Shown here in pieces: positions 25,171-38,279 of a DNA stretch of 64,000 nt; within the stretch, counting starts at the first letter, position 1; each line of letters opens with the position of its first letter. The position numbers were made by a program, and so were the translations under genes. The notes below the pieces were generated by a model. It was not told the DNA's origin. It worked only from the letters and a program-made list of their open reading frames with translations, and ran no database searches. Source of the stretch: Chiloscyllium plagiosum (Eukaryota); NCBI RefSeq assembly GCF_004010195.1, contig NC_057743.1, positions 28,112,938-28,176,937 on the forward strand, in the 5' to 3' direction.

Positions 25171-26730
25171 TCTTACTCTCTCAAATGCTGAGAGAAGAAT
25201 GAAGGCAATATGAAGAGTGAGAAATGAGAATGCGCCTGGGGATGCAATAACTGAAATCAATAAGAATCTGATAATGCTCATGTGAGGAAGTACAAAAAAT
25301 TAATATATCAAAAGGAAGAAAGGATGTGTGGAACATGACTGCGCAAATCACACAAGCACAAAAGTGAAACAGCTAATCCAATTACTGTTAGGTACTTAGA
25401 GGGAAAAAACACACAATGGCTATCATTAGAGGAAATGTTCTAGGGAAAATAATGGGCCTAAAAGCCAGTAAGTTCCCTGGATATGGTGGGATGCATCCTT
25501 GGATATTAATAGAATTGTCTCAAGAGCACAGATCCACTGGCTGTAACTTTCCAAGAATCCTTCAATTTTAGAAAAGTCCTGGAGGATTGGAAAATTGCCA
25601 ATATAACTTTATTTAGAAAGGGAAGGAGTCAAAAATAAACAGGTGAATATAGGCCAGTTAGCTTAATGTCTGTTGTTGGTAAAATGTTAAATGATGTAAT
25701 AACAGAGCATTTAGAATTACAATCTATGATCAAGCACAGTAGCATGGCTTCATGAAGGGAAAGTCATGTCTGACAAACTTACGAGAAACCTTTGAGGAAG
25801 TAACAAGCAGAATAGATAAAGGGGAAATAGTGGATGTAACACTTTTGGATTTTCAGAAGGAATTTGATAGGCTACTTAATAAGGTTAGACCCTAAGTGTG
25901 TGAGGTAGTAAACTAGCATGGATAGAGAATAGCTAACTAACTAAAAAACAGAAAAGGGTTCTTCTAGCACAGTGGTATTGTCCCTACCTCTGATCAAGGA
26001 GGCCTGTGTTCAGATCCTAACTGCTCCAGAAGTGTGTCATAACATCTCTGAACCCATTGATTAGCAATATATAGAAGATAGAGTTGTGAGAAGGAGGGCA
26101 TTTTCAAGTCTGTCATCTCTAACTAGTGGAGTGCCCCAGAGATCAGTGCTGGGGCCACAATTATTTATAATATGTTACCAACTTGGATGATGAAGGTGAA
26201 ATGCTGTAGCTGAGTTTGCGGTTGACACCAAAAATAAGTGGAAAGGCAGGTGGTGAGGATGGCAAACTGTACAGAGGGATATCGATATGTTAAGCAAATC
26301 GGCAAAAACCTGGTAGATGGAATGTAATGTGGGAAAATGTAAGGTTATGCATTTTGGTAGGCATAATAGAGGAGCTGAATATTAATTAAATTCAGAAGTA
26401 TTACAGAAAGCTACAGCATGGAGGGATCTGGGAGTCCTCATGCATTAATTTCAAAAAGATAGCACACAAATTCAGCAGGTAATAGGGAAGGCAATAGAAT
26501 GTTGGCATTTATTTAATGGGGAATGAGTTTAAAAACAAGCAAGATTTGCTGAAACTATGCAAGGCACTAGTCAGACCTCAGCTGGAATACTTAGAGCAGT
26601 TCTGGATCCCTTATCTGAGGTAAGATATACTGGCATTGGAAACAGTCCAGAGAAGGTTCATTAGACTGATCCCAGTATGCAGGGACTGTCTTATGAGGTG
26701 AGGTTGAGCAAATTAGGCTTGTACTCATTG

Positions 26731-26897
26731 ATGCAGGAAAATCGACGTTTCAGGCAAAAGCCCTTCATCAGGAATACCTGAAGTACTTTTGCCCGAAACA
26801 TCAATTTTCCTGCTCCTTGGATGCTGCCAGAACTGTGTTTTTCCAGCACCACTCTAATCCAGATCTGGTTTCCAGCATCTGCAGTCATTGTTTTTAC
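26731..26897. mobile_element. PLE family-1 bow-tie insert with a 13 bp TSD
   Basis: cttgtactcattg is duplicated at 26718-26730 and 26898-26910; the insert interrupts the CR1 reading frame. Confidence 0.85.
26744..26771 (-). ncRNA. Minimal hammerhead ribozyme motif in RER1 sense orientation (intron 1)
   Basis: Minus strand CTGATGA-A-GGGC-TTTT-GCCT-GAAA-C-GTC; core intact, with G-U at the base of stem II. Confidence 0.55.
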
Positions 26898-28449
26898 CTT
26901 GTACTCATTGGTGTTTAGAAAAATGAGAGGTGACCTAATTGAAAAATACAAGATTCTTAGGGGATTTGACAGGTTAGATGCAAAGTGGTTGCTTCCCCTT
27001 GTGGGAGAGTCTAGATCACAGGGCATCATCTCTGAATAATTTAAGTCAGAGATGGGTGGAATTTCCTCTCAGAGAACAATGAATTTGTGGAATTCTTTAT
27101 CACAGAGGGCTGTAGAGGCTGGGTTGTTAAGTATATTCAAAGCTGAGATAGACAGATTTTTAATCAGTAAGGGAATTGAGAGTTGTGGAGAAAGACTGGA
27201 AAGTGGATTTGAGATCATCAGATCAGCCATGATGTTACTGAGTGTCACAGCAGTCTCAATGGGCTGAATAATAGCTTGTTCCTGCTCCCATGTTGATGGT
27301 CTAGGTGTAAACATGTGAATCAGGAGAAGGCCTCTTGGCTGTTTTTTAAAATCGTGATTCAATTAAGACCAAGCTGGTCTTATTTTGACCTCAAATATGC
27401 TTGGCTGCCTCCCCCAATTCCCTTTTGAGTCTCATGTTGGTCAAGAATTTATTTATCCCATCATACAAATATTCAAGACCCCGCCTCTACCATCTTCTGG
27501 AAGAGTTCCACAGACACATAACCCTCAAAGCAAATCTCATCTCTGTCTGAAATAGGAGATCTTTCATTTTTAAAATGTTCTACATATGTATTTTTGAACT
27601 TAGATCAGAAATAAATTGCTCTGAATCCAGAACAACTTTCAACTGCTTTGAAAATGAGACAAGAAGGAGCCATTTTAGGATGGAGCAAGAAAGTGATGTG
27701 TACTGCTGAACTTTTCCTGTTTCCCAAACAACAAAATGCTTATTGTGCTGGTGACACTTTTTTTGGAGGGGTCGGGAGAAGGAAGGATACCAAGGGATGA
27801 AAAAGGGCAGACAGATCACAACAATGTCACTTCCTGACAAGTAGTTTAAAGGTAATGCTGTTCATTATTTAAAATCAGAAATTCCTGGCTATAAGTAACA
27901 ATTGGGTGTGAAACTGAGGAGGGCATACAATTTCTAAATTTGAAATGGATTAAATGATACATAGAAAATACTTAAGAGAAACTAAATGACAACATTTTCA
28001 GTTCTTGATAAACCAGCTTTTGGCAAGGCTTGGTGAAATTCAACAAAACTGTTAATGAACTCATCGCAATTTGGCAGATGGAACACTTGCACTGAAAACT
28101 TGTCAGCCACATTACTCAGTACGCAGCCTTAACTGTGAAAAGCAGCTCCACATGGGACAACTAACAAAGTCTGATGGCGCCTACACTGTTCAAAAAAAAA
28201 CACAAGCACTCTCCAATATACAGCAATGTTTCTGCATATGAAGGTCACACGAATACTGCTAAACAATTCCCAACTGATTTTCCAAAATGATACTGGGGCT
28301 AAAAAGGTTAAATTGAGGGCAAGTTTCATAGCCTCTACAGTCCAGAGGATTAAGGGTGATTTAGTTGAGGTGCTTATGATGATTAAAAGATTTAGTGGGC
28401 TGGAATGAAATTCTTTCTTCTGAAGGATTTAGACAATTCAAATGAGTTG

Positions 28450-28568
28450 CTGGTTCTTGTGGTGCAGCGGTAGTGCCCCTACTTCTGAAACCAGAGATCT
28501 GTGTTCAAGTCCCACTTGCTCCAGAGGTGTGTCCTAATCAACCTGTTCAATGATGTTAGGAAATATCT
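28450..28568 (+). mobile_element. Short tRNA-derived SINE (other copies at 13420-13510, 25957-26072 and 36737-36855)
   Basis: A-box-like tggtgcagcggtag, B-box gttcaagtcc, and a shared ctccagaggtgtgtc block. Confidence 0.6.
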
Positions 28569-30085
28569 TCAAAATGAGTTTACCTTCACCAGAAGTGGAT
28601 TTTTAACTGGAAGAAAAAAAAATTACACTGTTCCAGGCAACTGCTAACAGTAAAATTCTGAGGTCAAACTGACTGAATTCATCCACCTTTCTCAGAATAC
28701 TGCAAAAGATAGAACAGAGATGCCATTGCTGAAGAATCATAAACAAAATTACATTGTTGAACTTTCAAAAGGGGCGGTGCTTGTATATGCAGGACACAAA
28801 AGTATGACCCTTATCTTGGCTTCAAGTTGAGGTCAAAGGTATCTCGACTTTAAACAACTTCACTCAAGCAATTCAAACATTCAACAAACTTACTGGAGAG
28901 AAGTGTAAAATACAAAATTAAAAGAAAATATTGCTTATTCTACTGCTATAGTTGTCTTCTGTGGTCATTGCCTTACAAACATAAATTATTATTCTACACA
29001 CTTCCCCCAAACATACTTGATGTATCACTGTTGTTTACTTCACATCCTTACAGAACCTGATAAAAAGCTGATTAAGTGCAGGATGGAATGAAACCACTGA
29101 ACATATAAACAGTTGCCCACCACTTTAGCACATAGAAACCTTCCTACCCCCGTCATACTGCTGCTTTAGAACGTAGTGTGCTTGAACAGAATCACACCAT
29201 TCTTACATCCAACAATAGGCAGTTTTTTTAAATTTCTCAAATTTTCATGTTTCTTTTCTCTTATTCACTGCTATTGGGTTGTGGTTCCACAGGCACCAGC
29301 CACCTCCAATAAACAAGTCTCAGCCAACCATGTATGAGCAAACCTTCGATCAGCTAGTCAGTGCAGATGGATCTGACTCCCAGTACACAAGCACACTTCA
29401 CAGCTGGGCCACCACCTTGTGATCAAGGACAATATCTAGGTTCATTTTCCCTCCTTAACCTCAGTGGACATGAAGACCAATTTTAGCACTGCTGAGATCA
29501 GCTGTCACACAATAGACTGGGAAATGAATCAGAGATTTTCCCACTGTTTTCTTCATAAAATACAAAATATTACTTGATATGGTGACATTTGGTCAGCTTT
29601 GGAGGCCACGATCCAAATGTTTATCAGATATTGTTACGATGCAGACCAGAATCTAGATCCCCACAATAGGTTGGTCTGTTACTGTAGAGGTCACAATTTG
29701 ATTTCCTCCCATCAAGATAATGTGTTACCGTGAAGGCAAGGTCTATAATCTCTACTATCAGAATAGCGTTGTTAAGCAGCTACAGCAAGAACATAGAGTT
29801 TAAAAACAAGGAAGTAATGTTAAATTTAAATCAATGGTTTAGCAATAACTGCAGTAGCATGTGTAGCACTAGGTGTAGAAAGGGGATTGGAAGCATGGAA
29901 AGGGAAAAGTTTCACTAAAGTAACAAGATTCAGTCACCATTAAGAAGAAAACAGAGGCCAAAAAATCATCCTACTGGAACTAGTGAAGGTGGCAGAGTAG
30001 GATGTAATCAAGGTTTTCAATCGTGAGAAAGATTTCAAGCAGCAATAGATTTTAGCAAACTGTTTAAACATTAAACAAGGGGGAC

Positions 30086-31767
30086 GGGGAGATCCAAGAT
30101 GGCGGCGACTCAGCAAGTCTAAGTCTATAGTGCTCCTCTCAAGGCCTAGGCAAAGTGGGCCACCCTCCCCCACCACACTCACCAAATCAACTAAAAATAG
30201 TTTTTATTTAATGTAATTAGTGGTTTAGTACTAAATTTATACAGTTCAGTCTCCTGTAAAAATGACTAGGGGGGGAAAGAGCCTGCAGTTTTCAGCAGGC
30301 AGGCGCCCCTCCCCCACCCTCCCCAGCTGCAGCAGAGGCGTCTGCAGCCGCCCCGGGGGACTTACCTACGGTGGTGAGCCTCGCGGAAATAATCTCCAAA
30401 CTCAACGCGAAGATCGATGCTTTCATAGAAGAGTCCCAAAGTCGGTGGAATTCACTCTCGGCCGCGCTACAAAAGCACGGCAGAAACATTGAAGAAATTG
30501 AATGCCAAGTCGGAGGGGCGGAGCTAAAGCCCACGACCTCCGAGGCCATTGCAGAATCAAGGTCGTCAAAAAAAATTTGTTTGCTGGGCCTTCCTGAACA
30601 GGAAGAAGAAGGCCAGTTTACAAGGTTCCTTGAACAGTGGCTTCTACAGTTATTGAATCTGAAGGCTGGATCAGGCCAGGTGAGGGTAGAATAGGCCTAC
30701 CAGGTCGCAATACGCGGGCCCGGCTCGAACCAGCGCCCCCACCCAGTCCTGTTCCGGCTGCAGAGCTATAAGGTGAGGCAGATGCTTTTGGAAGCCTCCA
30801 GAAATCTTGGGAAAGATCCACAAGTCATGATTCATAAAGGATCCAAGATTATGTTATTTCAGGACTTCTCCCCAGCTTTGGTTCGAAAGAGGAAGGCATT
30901 TGATGAAGCAAAGAAGTGTTTATGGGATTTAAACATTCAATACTCCTCGCGCTACCCAGTTATACTACGCTTTAGCCATGAAGGGTCCGTGTTTAACTTC
31001 GGATCACCGGAGAAGGCCAAGGAACTTTTGGACTCTCTTAGACAAACTATAAGAGTTAATTGATGTTGTTTTGCCCTACCCCCATCTCAGTCTACCCCCC
31101 TTTTTTTTCCTTTTATTATCTTACTGTTTAATATTATCCCCAGGGCGGTGGGAAGAAGGNNNNNNNNNNNNNNNNNNNNNNNNNNNNNNNNNNNNNNNNN
31201 NNNNNNNNNNNNNNNNNNNNNNNNNNNNNNNNNNNNNNNGTGGGGTGCCTGGGTCAAGGGTGGGGCACTGGTTGGGAGAGGTTATGATGGGTTTTTTGGA
31301 AAGGAAGTGATGCCCCCTGGGAATAAGGGGGAAGATTTCCATTTAAATAAGTTTTATACTTTTTTTTACTATTTAGAAATGGGTTTTTTTATTATATTGA
31401 TCTGAATGTACTAAAGAGCTTTTATTTTTGTGAATTTTATATGCTCTATGCTCGGGATGTTTTGGATAAATACGGGTTTTGTCGTGATCTGATGTTAACA
31501 CATTCCGAGCAGGTATATCACTGCTCAATTTATGTGTTATCCGTTGGATTTTTTTTTCTCTTGAATAATGTAAGAATTTTAATGATAGACTCTGGTTAGT
31601 TTTAAGTTAGATGTGTAGTTAGTTGAGTTTTGTCTTTTTTTTCCTCTTGGTATTTCTGTTTTCTTGTTTGATAGATTTTGGTGATCATTTATTTAAGAGT
31701 TAACTGTATATCAATGTTTATACTTGGGTCTTATTTTAGTTTTCTTTTGCAAACTTTTGGAAAAAAA
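30086..31767 (+). mobile_element. L1-clade element containing ORF1 only (HAL1-like), TSD-bounded
   Basis: TSD aaacaagggggac at 30073-30085 and 31768-31780, preceded by TT; G-rich 5' end with YY1 motif CAAGATGGCG; L1 ORF1p-like coding region; A tail. Confidence 0.8.
30262..31063 (+). pseudogene. L1 ORF1p (coiled-coil, RRM, CTD), disrupted by a frameshift and an in-frame TAG at 30692
   Basis: ICLLGLPE, VRVE*AYQV, RPHPVLFRL, IMLFQDFSPALVRKRKAF and RYPVILR are typical of the L1 ORF1p (Transposase_22) family. Confidence 0.8.
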
Positions 31768-32968
31768 AAACAAGGGGGACAAGCAGAAGAAATGTTTCCA
31801 ACTAGAGGTGGGGGACAACACAATGCTTTACCACAAGATGATAGATACAAGGCACAGACTGTAAAATTTGTTCAAATCAATTGGGTAACTACCTGGAAAA
31901 GGGATAAGGTTATAAGAGACAGGACTTAAAGTAAACAATGCTGTTTGACGAATTGGTGTAATTTGAGATATTCTTGATAATTCTACAATAAAACAAATTT
32001 GATTTATAATAACTATTATTTACGTGCCATCTATAAGCCATTACTGGACATGTAACAATTCACTTGAGCTAAGTGGCTGCATTTTGAAATAACACAGGAC
32101 AGTTACTTAGCATCACACTTTAACTTGCGACTTTTAAACTCTATTTATTTACACATTAGTGTTGCTCACTCCAGGTTGGTATCTTAAAAGTAAATTTGGT
32201 CCATGAACAAAGTTTATCCTTCCATGCATCTTAATAGCAATGAATTCCTAACATCACTTATTAATTCTTTCAACTAAGGTTAATTAAGCATAGCCTCGGA
32301 TGAGGCTCATCTGAATGGTTCATATTTTGCTATGGTTCTTAGAAGGTAGGTGAGCCAAACAATACAAGTTTTCCTTATTAACAGCAGTTGATTTAAGATC
32401 AATTTATTTCTGTCCTTTCATATCTGGGTCTAAATATTAATTGTGAATTCAAACATTTTGGTTACTAAATGGTGAACTGATTGTTCAAATTCCAATCAGT
32501 AGCAATATTCATCTGCCCACAACAGCACTCCGCCCCTGCCTGCCAAGTATTCTTACCCATCCTTCAACATTACCTAACCAATTACATTTTGCAGTATTAA
32601 ATGCAATTTATAGGCCTGGCCAATTTCTGTGGCTCTGGAAAATGGCAGAAAATGCATGTTACCAATATAAGTGTATTGTTTCTTGCCACAGCTTGCTATT
32701 AACTTTTGATATTGCACTCATGATGCCTCCAGCTCTCTGAAACTGGTAAGAAATACTAACAGGTGCAATCCAGAATGAATTATTTGGGCACTTTGTTGCT
32801 CATCCTGGAGCTAAAAGGAGCAGTTTGTTGCAGTTATCCAATTCACAGCCTCCACAACAAAATCAAAATATCGTTGGTAATGAATGGCAACCAGTTAACA
32901 ATATAGAGGTTTATGCCACCCAAGAGTGATTTCATGGCAGCAGTGATATTGAATACCATTATAAACTA

Positions 32969-33182
32969 AGAGTCATTCTGGTATAATGCACGTTTCATCT
33001 ACGTGAATTGGCTATAAAGTGATTGACAGATTGTGAACGATGTCTGGACAACACGAACTTTCTACTGAACGGGTATAGCGAGTTTCTATAGCAATTTTCT
33101 ACAGCGCCATTTTCTATAGCAGTTTCCATAGCACAGGCTTGGGGAGGAATGCAACTGTCGCATTATAACAGAACGACCTGTA
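32969..33182. mobile_element. Tc1/mariner (Tigger/pogo-like) MITE
   Basis: Terminal inverted repeats gtcattctggtataatgc and gcattataacagaacgacctg followed by TA; internal tttctatagc repeats. Confidence 0.6.
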
Positions 33183-36100
33183 TGACAGTCAAGTTGAGCA
33201 GTCAAATCCTGAAGTCATAATAAAATGTAGCAACAGATCTCTTATGGTATCATGTTAGGAACATGGATGTGGCATTACTTTTGAATATGACTTGTCCCCT
33301 TCAGGTATGATGCCATGCAGGGGAAATGCTCAAAGCAGGTCCTGAGATCGATCACTGATCAGTGTGAAGGCTGATTACCAAACTCATCTCACCAACAGAA
33401 ACTAATCTATAAACAAGCTTGCCATGGATTACACCATTCTTTAGAACCTTAAATGTGAAGATCACTCTCAATACATAATGAGTTAGATAGTTACAGCAAA
33501 GAATTTTTAAATATTTTCAGTCCTTCACAACCTCATGTTGTCCTAAAGTGCTTCACAGCCAATGATGTATTACAATGCATAAGATTTATAAAAACATACA
33601 ATATGGAAACTGGTCAGAAGTAAACACAAATAGCAATGGAAACGGGTCTACGGCAGCATTTAAGCTCCACATGAGCCATCGCCCACTTTATTTCACTTTG
33701 CCAGCATATCCTTCTACTTATTTCTTCCACGAATACTTATCTAGCTTTCCCTTAAATGCATCTATGCTAACTACATAGACAGTTCTCATTCCTGCTTTAA
33801 ATAAATCCCAACATCTGATTTGTTGATCAGCCAAAAGCTTACATACACTACAGCAACAAAGGGTTCAAACCCAGGATGCTTTGAAGTTAAGAAGAAGGGT
33901 CTCTGGACCCAAAACATTAACTCTGCTTTCTCTCTACAGATGCTGCTGGACCTGCTGGGTTTTTCCAGCAATTTCTGTTTTTCTCCTGAAGTTATGATGT
34001 TTCAAAATTAGTTATACATTGTGTTAGCTGGTCTTTTTAAATAACCAGTCTACAATTATATTGGATCGCCAAAAACACCGGACGTAGTCTATACACACTG
34101 CTGAAATGTAGTAAAAATGTCAGTGAATTTGTCCACAGCAAGCACCAATAAACAGCAATGTGGTGATGACCTAATCAACAGTTTCAGTGATATCAATTTA
34201 AAAAGAATTCTGTTAAGACAATAAGCAAAGTCCTTAACTCTTCTTCCAACAATACTATAGAATAGTACATTTACCAGAGAGGGCAGACACGGTCTCAGTT
34301 TAACATCTAATTCAAAAGATGGCTCTTTCAACAGTGCAGAATTCCATCAACATTGCTCTGAATTTTGTGCTTCTCCAGTCTTTAGGGTGGTACACGACCC
34401 CACAGCCTAACCCGACTAATTCATTTCATTTGTTATTTCTATGCTGATAAATACGTCATGTGAGAATTTGCAGTTGGAACATTGTCGCAAGGTGTCTGAG
34501 AGCTTCAGGATTCAAGTAGTCCAATTTCTCAATGAGCTCTTCCTGGCAGATTGCTATTTCTTCCACACCACTGTTTCCACCTAGTCAAAATGCCACCAAT
34601 ATGTTCAACACCTCAGCATAAAATCCCAGCTATCTATTCAGCTGGATATTACAATTTGATAGTCTAGAAGTGATCCCAACATCACAGGAAAATAGAAGAA
34701 ATACACTGAGGAGCATTCAGCCCATCATGAGTCTGTCAATATTCAATCAGATTATGGCTGATCCCATAACTTTACATCGCATATTACAGTGAATGCCAAA
34801 TACAAATCATATGAAGCATCCCATATATTTACTGCCCCATCTGACATAATCACCATCCGTATTTCACTTTAAGGAGGACAGATAAAGCAATCCAATTTCA
34901 TTTAGGACAATTAAAGTTATCCAAAATAACTACTCTCCCTTTCCAGACAAATTCCTTTGAACAGTTCTATATTAATTAGTTCCTTTCTCTATAGTCTGTT
35001 ACTGAACAGCGAGCGACATTCATTAACTGCTTTCACTTATCAGGCATTTTAATCCAAAGTTTCTCATCTAATTCAGATTCTCATCTGCAAGGAACAACAT
35101 TCTCTTCGGGGATGGCAAGAAAGCAAGAGTATGTGCACTCAAATACAGCCTCATCATGTTCTCAACTCATCCCAATATCCTTCACATCCAATAAAACATT
35201 CAGCTGGGCAGACAATGATGTGTAGGCAAATACAGAGTCTATTTATGCACTACAAGGCTCCACACAGAACAAAAGACAAAAGTGGCCAGTGACTCTGTTC
35301 TGCTGGCTGAAAGAGGAATATTAATTATATCATCACGAGATTTATTTTCTATTTATCTAAATGCCAGCATTGGATCATTAATTGCCAGCCTAATGCAAAG
35401 ACTAAGCAGGACACAGAAGATCTGAGTAGATCTTTGGGACAGAACAGGAAAAAACTTTATTTTGGTAATAAAAGGTTGAGATTCTATGGAATGCACGTTT
35501 GTGCTTGAAACAGAGACTACTTCGAGTGACTGTTCTTAGTTGTTGATAAAAAAGGAACATGGAAAGAGTAGGCAAGAGGAATAAGATCTACAGCTCAGGT
35601 AGAGATTAAACAGCACCAGACTGGCTTGAGCAAACTATCTGTTTTAACACTGTAATTGTGTGTTAATTTTCTAATCATAACAGTGATTACTCAAGTTGTA
35701 AAAATATAATTAACATTAAATTTTGATTTTTGTTTCGTTTCAAATGCCTCCATGACCTAGCCCTACCGTACCTCTAATCTCTGTCGAGAGTGTGGTGCTG
35801 GAAAAGCACAGCAGGTCAGGCAGCATCCAAGGAGCAGGAGAATCAACATTTCAGGCAGAAGCCAATCTCTTCCAACCTTCTGAGATTCTGCACTCATCTA
35901 ATTCATATCTTGTGCATTTCCATTATATTTACTGCACCATTGGTGGCAGTGTCTTCGGTGCCCAGGCCCCAGGTTTTGGTACTACCTCCCTACATCTCTC
36001 TGCCTTTGAAAAACTCCTTAAAACATATCTCTTTTAGTCATCTGACCTAATATATCCTGATGTGGTTCAGTATCATACTTTGTTTTAATACACTCTTGTA

Positions 36101-38279
36101 AAGTGCCTGGAGATAGTTAATTATTTAAAAAGGTATTAAATAAAGTTATTGTTGCTGAATTTCAGAAAAGTGGAAGCATACAAATTTGCTTTAGGCACTA
36201 GGCAAGGTAATGCATTCCTAAAGCTTGTCTTGAATTACCTAAAATAGTCACTGCAGTGATATTCTAATATTCTTAACTGCTGTTTCTCAGTATGTGCAGT
36301 TAGCACATTCTGGATTTCACTGAGAAATCCCTATGTGTTCAGGATATGAAAACGGTTTTGTGGCTTTAAACCTTTAACTGTACATTTAAAGTGTCAGGTG
36401 TATCAGCTGGTGTTAGTTCAGTCCAGATTGTTCCTGCTCACCCACAACTCAAAGTTGTTAATAAGGCTAAACCAAGAACCAACAGGAGCTTAACACCTCC
36501 AAATGGGAAAAAAAATCAAATATTGAGAAAATATTCGGTAAGATTTAACCCAATCAAACAAACTACCTTTCTGCTCATCTTTCCTCTACAATTGGCACTG
36601 GCTCAGGCTGAGGGAAGATTCCAGCAGAATAATAATTAGGAATTGTAGCCTTAAATGATCTTAATCTCTTGCTCATAAAATTTAATTAGTATCCCAACTG
36701 CTGCTTTGGCTAAAATTAGCTAACTCCAATGATCTAGGGGTTCTTTAACACAATGCTGGCATCCCTACCTCAGAGCCAGGAGACCCAGGTTTAAGTTCCA
36801 CCTGCTTCAGAGGTGTGTCAAAACATCTCTGAACATGTTGACTTGAAAATATCTAAACTAGTAATCTAACTTACTATTCTCTGGTGTTGATGGTTGAGCT
36901 CAATGGTGTATTGACCAACAGCCTAAATTATTTTGGCTTTTGTAACAGCATTTGTTCAATATCCTAATCTGAGGTGGCAGTTCCATTATTGATCAATAAT
37001 ACCAAATACAGTACTGAGTTGAGTGTAGATTCTGAAGTATCCTCAATTGCAAAGTTAACTATATTCCTTCACAGAATCACAAAAGTGTTAGAATCTGAAG
37101 GAAGATTTTTGGTACAAGACAACTTCTAAAAAGTTGCTAAGGAAGTATAACAGCTAAAAATTTCAAAACAGAGATTAATAGAATTTTGTTGGTCACAAGT
37201 ACTAAGGCTTACAGAACCAAAACAGGCAGATGCAAGGACAGATCAGACAACAATCTAACTGAATGGCAAAACAGCTTTAAGGATTGAATGACCAGGAAAT
37301 GTTTTTAATGTGACCACTGGAATATATCATTTCGGAACTTACTGACAACTACATAGCCAGCGCAAGATCTTGTGTGAGCAATCAACAAATGCACTCAGGC
37401 TGCTTTCTACAATTTCATGTCAATAAATACAGAAATAAGGTAGGATTAAAACATACTGAGTATTCACAGGGCTCTACACAACAAAAACTGCCCTTTCCCT
37501 GCACAAAGTATAAAAACTCAGACAGCAAGCCAGAATACACGGAGGAAAATTTATATTTTCCTTAAGATCACAACATCTATTTATATATAAATTATTCCAT
37601 ATATATCAACCCTGAATTGATTACTGAAGAGCTAGTGAGGTCAAATGAGACTGAGTGAGGAAAGGTTGGAGTTGACACCTTGTCCACTGCTCAAAATCTT
37701 GGGCCAATCCATGGCAGAGCACTATTTTGAAACACTCCACAAAACCAAGATGACTAAAATAACACACTGTGGCACATTAAATTGATTTTATATTTATACC
37801 ACATTTCCTCAAACAGCAAACTTATACTAGATTTGGCTATGAAACTGAAACCAAGACCTAAGACATCTCACATCTGTAAACTACCAATCATGGCCTTAGT
37901 CTGAGGCCTTTACCTCTGGGAACGAGAGAGTTTCAATTCTGTTAAGACACTATTCGAAAGCAATTTGTTTGACAGACAGAAGAGATGAGCCTGGCAGGGG
38001 CTGGCCCCGAAAGACATGCTGGGAAATGCAGTCTTCCCTCCCACTCCTTCCATCAAAGTTTGCGAATCAGGAATTACAACCCCCATGATGAACCACACGG
38101 GAACGTTGCCCGTCCTTTTCCCACACCAGGATGTTCTTAAAATAGATACAACTGAGACCGAAGACGAAATAAGAACGAGCTACAATTTAAAGGGTCAACT
38201 TTCATTGATAAATGCTGGCCGGTTGATGTGTCAAAGGAAGGAAATATGCAACTTCACTGGTGCAGGCTAGGATTTGTAG

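Larger units (their letters stand above)
25330..27305 (+). mobile_element. Older CR1 LINE with nested SINE (25957-26072) and PLE insert (26731-26897)
   Basis: Decayed EDWKIAN, YRPVSL, SGVPQ and RPQLEY motifs and a CR1 3' UTR. Confidence 0.85.
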
